A DNA stretch of 64,000 nt from Eledone cirrhosa. Its lineage: Eukaryota. Every line of letters begins with the position of its first letter. Positions within the stretch are counted from its first letter, which is position 1. The notes beneath the pieces are model-generated. The model saw nothing but the letters and a program-made list of their open reading frames with translations, did no database searches and was not told the DNA's origin. Position numbers and translations under genes: made by a program. Positions 1 through 13,294 of the stretch are shown piece by piece. The DNA lies in contig OZ024740.1 in the NCBI GenBank assembly GCA_964016885.1, forward strand, positions 42,036,001 through 42,100,000. Reading direction: 5' to 3'.

Positions 1-2
1 CA

Positions 3-254
3 TCCACCCACGTTGTCTATACCCTCTGGTGTTCCCTTTGCGGGTCTTTATATATCGGACAAACGGGACGCCGTATGGCGGACCGTTTTGCCGAACATTT
101 GAGGAACATACGACTCGGTTTGGATACTCCTGTCGCCCGTCATTTCTGTTCTCCTGGTCATTCTTCCCTACATGTTTCAGTCCTGAGTGTTCTAAAAAAC
201 AAATCATACAGAAAACACCAGCTCCCAACAGTTTTGCAAGAGATGTCAACATGA
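3..254 (+). pseudogene. GIY-YIG endonuclease C-terminal fragment of a Penelope-like element (Neptune/Poseidon-like)
   Basis: Frame from nt 3 (not in the ORF track) reads STHVVYTLWCSLCGSLYIGQTGRRMADRFAEHLRNIR...PVARHF: VVY..C..C..YIG motif with conserved R and H; degenerate after ~195. Confidence 0.85.
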
Positions 255-335
255 ATGGACCTATTATTTTTATCTAAAGACATTTTTTTCCAATTCCATC
301 CCGCCCGTCCCCTTAATTTATTTTATTTCTCATTC

Positions 336-374
336 TTTTTTCTGATGAAGGACTAGCGTCCGAAACGTTAAGAC
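336..374 (+). ncRNA. Minimal hammerhead ribozyme in PLE 3' end
   Basis: CTGATGA (342-348), a-GGAC-tagc-GTCC stem II, GAAA, palindromic AACGTT stem III, UUA triplet; stem I weak. Confidence 0.65.
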
Positions 375-458
375 CCTCTTCTTGCTATTTCAAGCGTTAA
401 CCTAATATATACCTTCCATATACTGTACCGATTGTGTTGTTACTTCTGCTTACCTTTT

Positions 459-800
<342 letters not shown>

Positions 801-807
801 AATGTAT

Positions 808-1300
808 ATTCAAAATAGGGAGCGCACGGGACAAAGACAATGGAAAAAAAACAACAACGGAAAGACGACAGATCATCCCATCTCCTCAGTCAAAAACTGG
901 AAATCACTACGGTTTCGGTGTATTAACAACGATACCGTTCATTCCAGTGGACATTGGGACACAACAAACAGGTAGAGACAAGTTATGTCTTTACTCAAAT
1001 CACACAAATACAGAGTGCGCAAGTGTTTAGCCAAAGTAGAAAAATATAGAAAGGTGGGAAATAGTAAAACAAAAGGGAATAAACACTGTTGTCCGACGTG
1101 CAGACAATGAAGGACACTGAGGTGTAGAAAAGGTAAGAAGGAACAATAGGGGAAAACAAGCCGGGTGGTGTGTGGTCTATTATATGATAGTTTAAAAAGG
1201 CCCGCCTGGCTAAGTCTTTAGAATATTAATTCAAAATAAGGAGCGCACAGGACAAAGACAATGAAAAAAACAACGGAGAGGCGGACAGTCCCATCTCCTC
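808..1300. repeat. Unclassified repeat with ~70 bp diverged direct duplication (808-887 vs 1229-1300), probably a pLTR remnant
   Basis: ttcaaaatagggagcgcacgggacaaagacaatg...cccatctcctc occurs twice. Confidence 0.45.
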
Positions 1301-2013
1301 ATAATATACCCCCCCCACACACACATATATATGTATATATATCTTTGTTGTCTTCTTTGTTCTGTCCTACACCATCTTGAAAAAACAAGATGCTGTAGGA
1401 CAAAACAAAGGTGAGACACAAAATAACAAAAAAAGTAGGCACCGAGGTCACAGAATGTATGTCGAAAGAGATTTGACAATCAACAACTAAACAACCATCC
1501 GGTTATCAAACCAGCCGACTGGGAATTTATAATAAATGGAAGTGAAATCCAACAGGTGCGTGTGGTTTATTGGCAACCTGACCCTCCCAAACTATAACAA
1601 TATACATATATACATGCATACATATATATATCTGGAGTCGCGACCGATAGTTAGTATTAGCAATTGGAAAGACTAATGGAAACATTGTTTCCTCGGTCCG
1701 ATTTGACGAAAGTCGATCAACTGTCGATATATATATATATATACATACATATATATATAATAATATTCATACTGAACCCAGTCGTTGAAATGTTCATAGT
1801 ACAATAAACCTTTAAGGAATTACATCAGTCCAGCCTCCTGTTATTTTATTATAATTAACTCCGTACTCGCACCACCAACAACACAAACGAAGACGGGTGA
1901 GTTGCATTACGTCAATTGCTCTCCCTAATATTACATCAAGGTTGACTATACGGAATGACCAGTTCTATCCAGTGGTGAACCAACAAACCTAAATGTACAT
2001 ATATATATATATG

Positions 2014-2047
<34 letters not shown>

Positions 2048-2051
2048 CATG

Positions 2052-2130
<79 letters not shown>

Positions 2131-2142
2131 ATATATATATAT

Positions 2143-2218
<76 letters not shown>

Positions 2219-2674
2219 TTCGACGGCTAATTCTGGACTAAATAAGAATTTTTAGCCTGGTAAATAAATAGCCGAACTTCTCAGGGGGTAATTCCTTATA
2301 TGGGAAGATAGTAATTGTCAAAAGGATTGGTCAAAAATTTGTTGTAAAGAAAGATGATTCTATCATGGCATTTAGTGGGAGGTAGGGGTGGCTGAACTTG
2401 CTGGTAGAACAAAGAGGGAGTGGGGGAAACCCAGTCAAGCGGTGAAAATGAAATCTATACACCAGATTCTAAGGATAGTGTATAGAAGGTCGAAAAAAGT
2501 GTACTGGAGAAGGAGAGGAGGGGTTGAAAGAATGGGTAAATCGAAAGGGAGTAAACAAAAAAAAAACATTATAAAAATAAGGAAATAAATATATAAAAAC
2601 AATTTCAGGTTACTACTCCATCCCCACAATCACCAAATCTCTCATTGGTATTGCTAAGCTATAGATAAGTTTAA

Positions 2675-2820
2675 GGACGCCGTCCGTGTAACTTATGCTC
2701 GGAGGAAACATTACAAATGCTGTTTTCGAAGGACCAACTCCTAAACAAGAAAGACGAACTGGTAACTGCATGCAAACACAGATTGCGTAGGACTTACCTC
2801 GCCCTCAAACTCCATAATGA
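2675..2820 (+). pseudogene. Naiad-type PLE ORF C-terminus
   Basis: GRRPCNLCSEETLQMLFSKDQLLNKKDELVTACKHRLRRT matches the CxLC...LLNK..EL...C.H tail of the other PLE ORFs in this window. Confidence 0.8.
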
Positions 2821-3781
2821 CCCGGGGGGGGGGGGTAGACAAGGGCTGAAACACCTCACTTGCCGATTTTGTAAGGGGTAACCCCTGCCTACAAAGGTAG
2901 ACGTAACTTTTTTATCTTTTCCTTTATTTCCTTCTTCCCCCCATCTCTTCCTAGTCCTTCCACCCCAGATCTCCTTCCTTGTCTTTTTTTCACCTTTTCT
3001 CCCACCCCGATGCAGCCCATCGGTCCTCTGTAGCCTCAGTACCCCCACCCCCATAATTTTAAGATAGAATTGGCCGATTACGCTTTTTATAGCAGATGTG
3101 TTAGACCCCAGTAAATTGTTTTCTTTCTGGTTGCTGCTCCTTTTCCGTGATTTCTAAATTTCTTAGTGGTATTTTTGTATTAGTATTCTTGTATTAGTAT
3201 TTATGTATTAGTATTCTGAATTAATATTTCGTATTAGTATTTTTGTAGTAGTATTTTAGTATGTTTGTTCTTAACTTATTAACCTGTCATTGTAAGATAG
3301 CATTGGCTGATTACTAATAACTATAGCAGTGGTGTTAGACCCCCTGTAAAGCCAGCTTTATAAAATTCTTTCACTACAATCTCGTATTTAGTATTTTTCT
3401 CCACCTATTAAACTTATCTATAGCTTAGCAATACCAATGGTGATTGTGGGGATGGAGTAGTAACCTGAAATTGTTTTTTATATATTTATTTCCTTATTTA
3501 TATAATGTTTTTTTGTTTACTCCCTTTCGATTTACCCATTCTTTCAACCCCTCCTCTCCTTCTCCAGTACACTTTTTTCGACCTTCTATACACTATCCTT
3601 AGAATCTGCTGTATAGATTTCACTTTCACCGCTTGACTGGGTTTCCCCCACTCCCTCTTTGTTCTACCGACAAGTTCAGCTACCCCTACCTCCCACTAAA
3701 TGCCATGATAGAATCATCTGTCTTTACAACAAATTTTTGACCAATCCTGTTGACAGTTACTATCTTCCCATATAAGGAATT

Positions 3782-3877
3782 ACCCCCTGAGAAGTTCGGG
3801 TATTTATTTACCGGACTAAAAATTCTTATTTAGTCCAGAATTAGCCGTCGAAACGTTTTAAGCTCTGCCGTCGGGGT
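3782..3877 (+). ncRNA. Hammerhead-like motif with long stem II (degenerate copy, core CUGAGAA)
   Basis: ACCCC/GGGGT stem I, GAAA at 3850, GUC at 3870-3872; same family as 63051-63144. Confidence 0.55.
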
Positions 3878-3889
3878 CATACTTGTTCC

Positions 3890-3924
<35 letters not shown>

Positions 3925-4074
3925 ACATTCATTTACTCTGGGAGTTTCACATGTGCACTCGCAGGATCAAGAATAACAAGACTCACTACTTAACCATAAC
4001 AAATGAATTTAAACTCTACTTCAGTATTGGGTACTCTTTTCTCCAGTCCGTCAACTACATTCGTATATATATAT

Positions 4075-4306
4075 AACTACGTATCTCTCCAGTCTTTCTC
4101 CCTGACGTAAAGACTTAATTCATTCAACCTCTGAGAGTAGCTCATCTCTCTCAGTAAAGCAATTTTCTTGGTATAGCATCGTTCGATTTGACAGAGTGTG
4201 GTGAGCACCGTAGAGAAATTGTCCTGGTGGTTGAAGGAAAATGTCTTCTACAGATTCAACGTACTTTCCAGGTCTCTTATCCTAAATGATTTCAGAATCC
4301 ACCCGG

Positions 4307-4307
<1 letters not shown>
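4075..4307 (-). mobile_element. Degenerate CR1/L2-group LINE ORF2 C-terminal fragment
   Basis: Minus strand reads AGWILKSFRIRD...RCYTKKIALLREMSYSQRLNELSLY, resembling the post-RT SY.ERL..L.L.SL motif; contains a stop. Confidence 0.55.
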
Positions 4308-4344
<37 letters not shown>

Positions 4345-4348
<4 letters not shown>

Positions 4349-5387
4349 GTACACAAGAGATGTAGCGGGATCTCAGGAAGCTTAATTAAGAATGTAGGAT
4401 TCACATGCAGCAGCTGTGCTGAAACAGCAAGCAAACAGCCACAGGAAACAAGTACCACCAATCTCTGGGAGGGCCCTGTAGAAACAGTAGACAGCTTCTG
4501 CTACCTAGGTGACCGAATTAGCAACGGAGGTGGGTGCTCAGAAAGTACAATAACTAGGGTAAGAACGGGATGGAAGAAGTTTAGGGAACTACTACCACTG
4601 CTAGCTGCAAAAGGCTTCTCCCTCAGAATGAAAGGCAGACTGTATGATGCGTGTATCCGAACAGCGATGTTGCATGGTAGTGAGACCTGGGCGCTGAAGG
4701 TGGAAGACTTACGTAGATTAGAGAGAAACGAAGCCTGCATGCTCCGATGGATGTGTAACAGTAATATACGTGAACGACAAAGCATAAAGGAATTGAGAGA
4801 GAGACTGAGCATAAGAGGAATCAAATGCTGCGTGCAGGAGAGGCGGTTACGCTGGTATGTACATGTGATGCGTATGAAGGATGACAGCTGCATAAAAAGG
4901 TGCAGAGCACTAGAAGTTGATGGAAACCGCGGAGTGGGGAGACCTAAGATGACTTGGGATGAGGTGATAAAAGCCGACCTTACCCAACTACACCTCTCAA
5001 AGACAATGACACACGACCGTGACTTCTGGCGTCACGCAGTAATACAGGGTACCCGACCTCCCATGGGTACATGCTGAAGCATATAAACAATATGCCCCCA
5101 CTCCCCCCACCGCATGGTGGTCGTGGAGGTGCCACGGCAAAAAAGCACCCAGCCCACACTGTAAAGTGGACGTGTAGGCGCCACGAAAAAGCACCCAGCA
5201 CTCACTGTAAATGAGGTTGGTGTTAGGAAGGGCATCCAGCTGTAGAAATCAAGCCAGATCAGTTCCTGTATGAGCAAGGCATGGTCAGCCGACCAGACAC
5301 TGCCCACAACAGGACAACCCGTCTAACCCATGCTAGCGTGGAAGAACGGACGTAAAACGGTGATGATGATGATGATGATGATGATGT
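4345..5387 (+). mobile_element. 5'-truncated RTE-clade LINE (ORF C-terminus to 5077, 3'UTR, (GAT)n tail)
   Basis: VDSFCYLGD...GWKKFRELLPLL...LHGSETW...RRLRWY.HV.R...RG.GRPKMTW; ends acgtaaaacgg(tga)n. Confidence 0.9.
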
Positions 5388-6371
5388 GCGTGTGTGTGTG
5401 TATTTGTGTATGTGTATATATATACATACATTTATAAACATATGTGTGTGCTTGCGTGTATATGTGGGCATACACATATATATTCGTGTGCATATGTATG
5501 TTTGCATTCATGGGTGCTAATGTATGCCGCATGTGCATGTGTGCGTGTGTCAACAAGAACGATCTTTGTATACTAATCTGTACGTGTGTATGTGTGTATA
5601 CTAATCTGTATATGTGTATACGTATCAAACATATATCATGTATCTTATGTTTTTTCATCTTGCTGCACATATATAATTGTATTTTGACTTGTTCATTATA
5701 TTCAGTTGTAATACAACAAACTTCACAAAAATCAATTCATCAGTAAATATACTATAAACATTTGAATTAAAAAATCCATTACGAGATATTTTTTTCTAAA
5801 TCATATTATGATGTCAAGAGTTAAATCTTCCTTTTAAGATAATGCTGCTTTGTTTATCAATAGACTGCAATCTAATTAAATCAACTAGCAGAAAAACCAC
5901 CCTTCGAGTGGTTTTCTGTTAGCATGTGTAGTGTGCATATTGATATTATGCGCAAGAATATATGCATGTAGATATGATACATCAAATAAAATCGTAATTG
6001 ACAATATACACAGAAATTGAACGAAGACTGCGTTACACTCTCTTATGTAATCAGTAACGTAAACCATGATACATTTAAAGAAGACGATATATATAATCTG
6101 CATTAGGAGAAAATTAGTGACGGAAATATATGAATGTTTATTTAAGCGATCGCTAACCGGAAGTGTTGACATTTGAAAATTTTAAAGAAGTGAATCTTAA
6201 AATAAGCAACAATATCATTTATATTTAATCAACGAAACTTAGTAGATACATTATGTAATATTCATTCATTATTTATTCAAAGTAATCCAACTTATTTTAC
6301 AAACGGGATTAAAAAAATATATTCTGGATGCAGTCCGCATTCCTTACTTTATTATAGTTTAGATAGTTTAA

Positions 6372-6572
6372 CGGTGCTGGATAGGCTGAATCATTAACAG
6401 CCGCACAAAAATGCTTTGCAGTATTTCGTTATGACTCATTATTTTCTGAGCTAAAATCTCGCCGAGGTTAAATTTATTTTTCATTCTTCCGAGGTCGATA
6501 CAATAAAGTACCAGTCAAGTACTGGAGTTGATATAATCGGCTTTCGCCCCTTAAAACTGGCTCTGTGTTTGA
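6372..6572 (+). mobile_element. Diverged tRNA-derived SINE related to the 11936 family
   Basis: Shares the gccgaggtt...tcattcttccgaggtcgatacaataaagtaccagt core. Confidence 0.6.
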
Positions 6573-6649
6573 TGTTTCTTTGCCCATGAACGAGTGTGTG
6601 TGTATAGAAAAATAATTCTGTATTATATATATATATATGTATATATATA

Positions 6650-6860
6650 TAGTGGTAGAACACGGGTGGGTAATATCCGTAGTGGTAGAGCACTCAGTCC
6701 ATGGGACGAGTTAGATAGAAGTGGTTACACAACAGTTAGTTCACCATACCGAGAACAATTGTTTCACCTTAGCGGATCATCAGCTCGTAATGGGGGATCC
6801 GCTAAGGTGAAATAATTGTTCTCGGTATGGTGAACTAACTGTTGTGTAACCACTTCTATA
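6650..6860. mobile_element. Fold-back PLE pLTR remnant (arms ~6716-6778 and ~6795-6858)
   Basis: Near-perfect palindrome flanked by (TA)n; contains an HHR. Confidence 0.75.
6744..6793 (-). ncRNA. Minimal hammerhead ribozyme
   Basis: cgag-CTGATGA-t.cc.gctaa.gg.t-GAAA-caattg-tt-ctcg; palindromic ACAATTGT stem III, GUU triplet. Confidence 0.8.
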
Positions 6861-6871
6861 TATATATATGA

Positions 6872-6931
<60 letters not shown>

Positions 6932-6968
6932 TATATATATATATATATATATAGTTTTAATATAGATG

Positions 6969-7019
6969 AGATTCTACAGGACTAGAACTGTTTCATTCAT
7001 TAGAAATCATCAGGAATCT
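6969..7019 (-). ncRNA. Hammerhead ribozyme in pLTR remnant (~6955-7440)
   Basis: agattc-CTGATGA-t.ttc.taat.gaa.t-GAAA-cag..ctg-ta-gaatct; 6-bp stem I, GUA triplet; second copy at 33746-33796. Confidence 0.8.
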
Positions 7020-7559
7020 GGGTATCAAAAAATAAATATGGTATTTATAGGTCTCTACAAGTGGTAGGAGAGGGTGGGGAGTGGGATGGGTGCAGGTCAT
7101 TGGTTGATAGAGAAGGGAATTCATTAAAGGCTAATTCTACATAGCTATAGTTAATTTATATTTATTTATGTTATTAGAGTAACAAAGGCAGACAGAATTC
7201 TATAAACAGGTTCCGGATGGCATACCATTCCTTGTCAATAAGTTTCTCTTAAGCTAGCAGATGTCTATAAAATCAGTGGGGGGTCATTCATGCTCGATAG
7301 AATTAAAGAAAAGGGAGATTCTTTAAAAGCTAAAGTCATTAAGTTCTGCTAAGTGACAAAGGTCTAGGGAATTCTGCAGACAGATTCAAAATACTGAGTG
7401 CATATCTTACTATTATCTTCGAACTTCTCTTAAACTAATCAACAATATGCCAAATCAACAGACACATTCACAAAAAAACAAAAAAAACCCAAAAAACAAA
7501 AAAACAGAAAAACAAAAAAAAAAACCACACCTAAAAAAACAAAAAAACACACATACTCA

Positions 7560-7744
7560 CTCACACACTTACGCGCAACCATAAACACACACATAAACAC
7601 ATATACACACATAAAAACACACACACATATATAAAAAAAATATATAAATATATACAAATATATATTCATGTACACGCACATACATACACACATACATACA
7701 TACATACATATATAAAATACATATACACATATACATACGCACAC

Positions 7745-7816
<72 letters not shown>

Positions 7817-7928
7817 TATATACATACACATATATATATATATACAGACACATACACACACACACACATACATACATATATATATACACATATATATATA
7901 TATACATACATATATATACACAAATATA

Positions 7929-7984
<56 letters not shown>

Positions 7985-8109
7985 CACAGATACACACACA
8001 CATACACATACATACACACATACACACATATATACACAAATAAATACACTCACACGCATACATACAAACACGAGTATACATATGTATAAATATCTATACA
8101 CACACACAT

Positions 8110-8152
<43 letters not shown>

Positions 8153-8181
8153 CATATACACACATACATACACACACATAT

Positions 8182-8226
<45 letters not shown>

Positions 8227-8329
8227 CATATATACATATATATACATACATACATACATATATACATACATACACACACACACATATACATATATATATA
8301 TATATATCCCTCTATACACACACATACAA

Positions 8330-8400
<71 letters not shown>

Positions 8401-8524
8401 TACACACACATATATATATATATCCATACATACACAAACATACACATGCATACACAGACCTATACATAAATATACACATATATATACAGAGATATAACGC
8501 ACATATACACACACATATATACAT

Positions 8525-8578
<54 letters not shown>

Positions 8579-8594
8579 GCATACACACACACAT

Positions 8595-8638
<44 letters not shown>

Positions 8639-8694
8639 GCGTGCATACACACACACACAAAATATATATACACACACACATTCTCTCTCTCATG

Positions 8695-8744
<50 letters not shown>

Positions 8745-8746
8745 TA

Positions 8747-8814
<68 letters not shown>

Positions 8815-8815
8815 C

Positions 8816-8858
<43 letters not shown>

Positions 8859-8892
8859 TATATATATATACATTATATATATATATATATAC
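7560..8892. repeat. Degenerate (TA)n/(CA)n array
   Basis: Direct reading. Confidence 0.95.
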
Positions 8893-8893
8893 A

Positions 8894-10758
8894 TTTCGGA
8901 ATAGAAGCAATTCCTTCCAGCAAGACCTGAAGAATAGAATTCGTTCTATTAAGGATTCTAATGCCGTGCACGTCCATTCCGACAAAACTGGCAACTTATA
9001 TCAAGTGGAGCGCAGTACTTACCATCAACTACTACATAATGCTGTAACTAAGGATTACCGTAAAACTAATTGGTGTGTCATCAATGAAATCAACGATGTT
9101 GGGTTTAAAATCACATCTGATCTCAACATCCTGGACCGGACCGAACCTCTGGACCCTATCTCTCCCCACTTTACCCTGAAGGATCACAAATCCAATTTTC
9201 CGAACAACCCCTCTATTCGGCTTATTAACCCTACGAAATCCGATTTAGGTAGACTTAGTAAAACGATTCTTGATAGAATTATACCTGAAATTAGAAGTTT
9301 GGCCCCTCTCGCACTGTGGAACAATTCTTTCGCGGTGATTGATTGGTTCAACGGCATATGTAACAAGGAACATTGCCGTTTTATCCAATTCGACATCAAC
9401 AATTACTACTCCTCCATCACTTTACCACTTCTCCTTAGAGCTATCAATTTCGCTAAAACACTCACAGTGGTAAAGGATTTCGAAGTTGATGTCATCCTTA
9501 ATGCCCGAAAGTCGGTGATTAATTTCGACGACTCTATTTGGATTAAAAAATCCAATAGTACCCCATTTGACGTAAGTATGGGCGCCAGTGATTCTGCGGA
9601 GGTTACTGATCTTATTGGCCTTTTCCTTCTTTTCTCTATCAAAGACGAATTCACCAACGCGGGCGGTGGTTTGTACCGTGACGATGGTTTTTTGACCATG
9701 ACTAAGTGCGGACCTCGTGCTTGCGACAGGTTCAGAAAAGAACTCACAGCCTTCTTTAAAGGCTTCAACCTCTCTATACAGGTTGAGGCCAATCTCTCGG
9801 TCGTTAATTACCTCGACGTTACCCTCAATTTATTGAATGGGTTGTATTACCCGTATAGAAAGCCGAATGATACGCTTAATTACATAAGTAAGCATTCCAA
9901 CCATCCTGCCAGCATAAACAAGAACCTGGTAAAAAACGTTTCGTTGAGGCTTTCTCGTCTTTCCACCAACAAGCGCATTTTCAACGATCATTCCACTTAT
10001 TACAATGAAGCTCTTGCTCGAAGTGGATTTGTCGATAAGGTAGCATATACAGAGTACGAAAATAGACCTAGAAGAAATAGATCCCGTCGCATTTGTTGGT
10101 TTAACCCACCCTATAATATGGAGGTGGCCACACCATTAGCTAAGATCTTTCTTTCCCTTATAACGAAGCATTTTCCCCCTACACATAAATATAGTAAAAT
10201 TTTTAATAGAAATACTATTAAAATTTCTTACTCTACGACTCCTAACCTTGCACATAACATCACAGCTTCAAATTTAGCTAAACTACCTAGCCGTAGGAAC
10301 ACGTGCAACCCTGTAGTTAGTACTAACTGTAATTGTAGGATTCGGGCTGATTGCCCCCTATCCGGGAAATGCCTCTCTAGTAACATTGTCTACAAATGTA
10401 AGGTTGTTACACCCACGTCCCGTAGGGCCTACATAGGGTTAACCGCCAATAGTTTCAAGCAGCGTCTTTACATGCATACCCATTCTTTTCGTTACCCTCT
10501 AAGAAGGAATATAACGTCACTTTCAGCTTATATCTGGAGTCTAAAAGACAACCACACCCAATATAAGTTACACTAGCTAGGGCTAGATCGTATAACGGAA
10601 ATGAAAGACCATGTGACCTCTGCGCCGCTGAGGCCCTGGAAATACTCTACGCCACAGACCACATCTTAAACAAAAAATCTGGGGCAATTTCGGCTTGTAA
10701 ACATAAATTGCACAAAACTTTCCTGTATTACAGCCCCACGTTATACCCTAACGGATAG
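8894..10758 (+). pseudogene. PLE reverse transcriptase + GIY-YIG endonuclease (one frameshift at ~10573)
   Basis: SDKTGN, TLKDHK.NF...[37 protein letters not shown]....CPL.G.C....IVY.C...YIGLT...FKQR..H; the shifted frame continues RPCDLC..E....ILNKKS..ISACKHK. Confidence 0.92.
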
Positions 10759-11685
10759 CACTATCTATACGTGGATATTTTACGTCTTGATGTGGGAGCT
10801 AAGTATATGTTTTGTTTATTCCCTTACTTATTTGCATAGGTAAGTATATATTACCCGTATGTTTTATGAAGGTATGTATACCTTCTCGTACGTATATTTG
10901 ACTGTTTGGCGTATACTTTTTACATATTCTGGTATTTAGGGTTTGGCTATGTGTATACGGGAGTTTTGCGTCTGCGTGAGTATGCAGGTTCATACGTATG
11001 GTGGGTGTGTGTATATGTGTACTTCTTGTTTTAGTTGACTTACGTCTCCGAACATTCGTGTATTTATTTGTAGGTATGTGTGTGCTGTTTTTATATACGT
11101 ATTTATTTACTTATATAGGTTTATATAATTATTTATTTATTTGTACACAAGCATACACACACACACATATTTATATGTGCGTGGTTTTGTATACCTATGG
11201 TAAGGTTTTGCGTATGCTTGTGTATGTACGTATCTGTTTGCGAGTATGTATTTATTTGTTTCTATTACTTCTGTATTGTATTTATTTACTTTGTTCTTAA
11301 CTCTGTAGCGGAGATTCATTTGGTCTCCTAGTTAGAATTTTAGTCTACGACTTCTGCTATACCATTTACGTGGTTTTGTCTTTGCGTGCTATTGTTCTCC
11401 ACGCTCCACATATGACTTATTATCTTCGTTTTTTCGTTCATTGCCAGAGAACGTCTCTATGCACCACCTAAGAGAAAATTAGTCTACGACCTCTTTTATA
11501 CCATAAACGTGGTTCTGTCTTTGCGCGTAATTGTTTTTCACCGCTCCTATTAATGACGTATTATTCGTTTTTTCCCGTTCTTTGCCAGCGAACGTTACCA
11601 CGAACCAAAGTATCGTCTTCCTGTCTTCCTCCGGTTGCAACGTTTTTTGAAATATCCAGTTCTGCGTTTACAGATTGACTTTGTT

Positions 11686-11736
11686 AGTTTCAGAAGATCC
11701 CGTTAAGGGTGAAAGCAGCGATTCTTTGCTTAAACT
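11686..11736 (+). ncRNA. Hammerhead ribozyme (core CAGAAGA, U4 substituted)
   Basis: agttt-CAGAAGA-t.ccc.gttaa.ggg.t-GAAA-gca...tgc-tt-aaact; all three stems pair. Confidence 0.65.
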
Positions 11737-11759
11737 TTAATCTCTATTTTAATAAATAC

Positions 11760-11806
<47 letters not shown>

Positions 11807-11879
11807 TATATATATATATATACATTATATATATATATATACATATATATATACACATTATATATATATATATGTACAC

Positions 11880-11928
<49 letters not shown>

Positions 11929-11935
11929 TATATAT

Positions 11936-12122
11936 GGCGGTGGATTGGCAGTATCGGTAGAGAGTCGGACGCCATGCTTTCCAGCATAGTTACGTCCCTT
12001 TACGATCTGAGTTCAAATACCGCCGAGGTTGACTTTGCCTTTCATCCTTACGGGGTCGATACAATAAACTACCAGTAATGCACTGGGTTATTGCTGGCCT
12101 TGTGCCTAAAGTAGAAACAATT
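11936..12122 (+). mobile_element. tRNA-derived SINE (full length)
   Basis: A-box TGGCAGTATCGG, B-box GTTCAAATAC, core gactttgcctttcatccttacggggtcgat; five or more copies in the window. Confidence 0.85.
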
Positions 12123-12142
12123 ATATATATATATATATATAC

Positions 12143-12184
<42 letters not shown>

Positions 12185-12242
12185 TATATATATATATAAA
12201 AGAGAACATTTTCGCTCTACATGGCTGAATACAGTAAATGTT

Positions 12243-12478
12243 ATCTGAGTTCTTCGAATATTAATAATAACATTCGATTCGTTTGCAATTATGCAAACAA
12301 GCCTCAATTTTATAGCCATGTCAGTAGAATGAACCCTTCATTCTTGCTTTTCTGTTCGCATGCCAACACAAGAGCAAGAATGAAGGGTTCATTCTATTGA
12401 CATGGCTAAAAAATTGAGGCTTGTTTGCATAATTGCAAAAGAATCGAATGTTATTATTAATATTCGAAAAACTCAGAT
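12243..12478. repeat. ~108 bp-arm palindrome (MITE-like or fold-back)
   Basis: atctgagt...ttcttgct / agcaagaa...actcagat with ~20 nt spacer. Confidence 0.85.
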
Positions 12479-12502
12479 TATATTTATTATATATATATAT
12501 AT

Positions 12503-12681
12503 AACTGTTTCTACTTAAGGCACAAGGCCAGCAATTACGCAGTGCATTACTGGTACTTTATTTTATCGACCCCGTAAGGATGAAAGGCAAAGTCAACCTC
12601 GGCGGGATTTGAACTCAGATCGTAAAGGGACGTAACTATTCTGGAAAGCATGATGTCCAAACCTCTACCGATACTGCCAAT
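12503..12681 (-). mobile_element. tRNA-derived SINE
   Basis: Reverse-complement copy of the 11936 family. Confidence 0.85.
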
Positions 12682-13045
12682 TATATATATATATATAACA
12701 GTTGGTCATAAATGATAAACAATCAGAAAAGTCATACTTATTTTATATATATATTCTATTGTACCAAGTATTTATATCTATATATATATCATACGATTGA
12801 TCCTTTTATAATGAGGGTGCACGTTGTCTGTCTCTGATTTATCCGACTACGTGAATATAAAACAAAGTATTCATTAATCTTTAGTCAAAATGAGAGGATG
12901 ATCTATAAATTATTAACTATATATAATGGAGCATCAGCAAGGTGTTACTTTCTTTACTTTTCCTTTGTAAAAATAATAAAATCACTTAATTTTTAGCTTA
13001 CCGATTTTTGGCATCATTATAAACATACATATATGTTTGTATGTA

Positions 13046-13124
<79 letters not shown>

Positions 13125-13256
13125 ATATACGTGTATATATATATATATATATATATATACGTGTATATATATATATATATTAGGATTGGTGCTCTGAAAT
13201 AGCGATGTATACATGAATGAATGTATAGTATATTTGGCAATATAACGTATGTTTAA

Positions 13257-13291
<35 letters not shown>

Positions 13292-13294
<3 letters not shown>

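Larger units (their letters stand above)
2217..3893 (+). mobile_element. 5'-truncated Naiad-type PLE with inverted pLTR (2217-2674 is the reverse complement of ~3409-3855)
   Basis: Near-perfect ~450 bp inverted arms; (TA)n on both flanks; central coding remnant. Confidence 0.85.
8894..11760 (+). mobile_element. 5'-truncated Naiad-type Penelope-like retroelement
   Basis: RT + GIY-YIG ORF, ~1 kb 3' region ending in an HHR and aataaa; (TA)n on both sides. Confidence 0.9.

Noticed and set aside
890-960. Possible minus-strand hammerhead (ctggaatga...gaaaccgta)
   Set aside because: Core has extra bases and stems I and III do not fit cleanly; too degenerate to call
8894-11760. Selenocysteine recoding/SECIS as reported for some Naiad elements
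   Set aside because: No in-frame TGA at Cys positions; the break is a frameshift followed by TAG; no convincing SECIS fold by eye
11936-12030. tRNA gene (A and B boxes present)
   Set aside because: No cloverleaf; continues into a shared body and tail in multiple copies, so it is a SINE head
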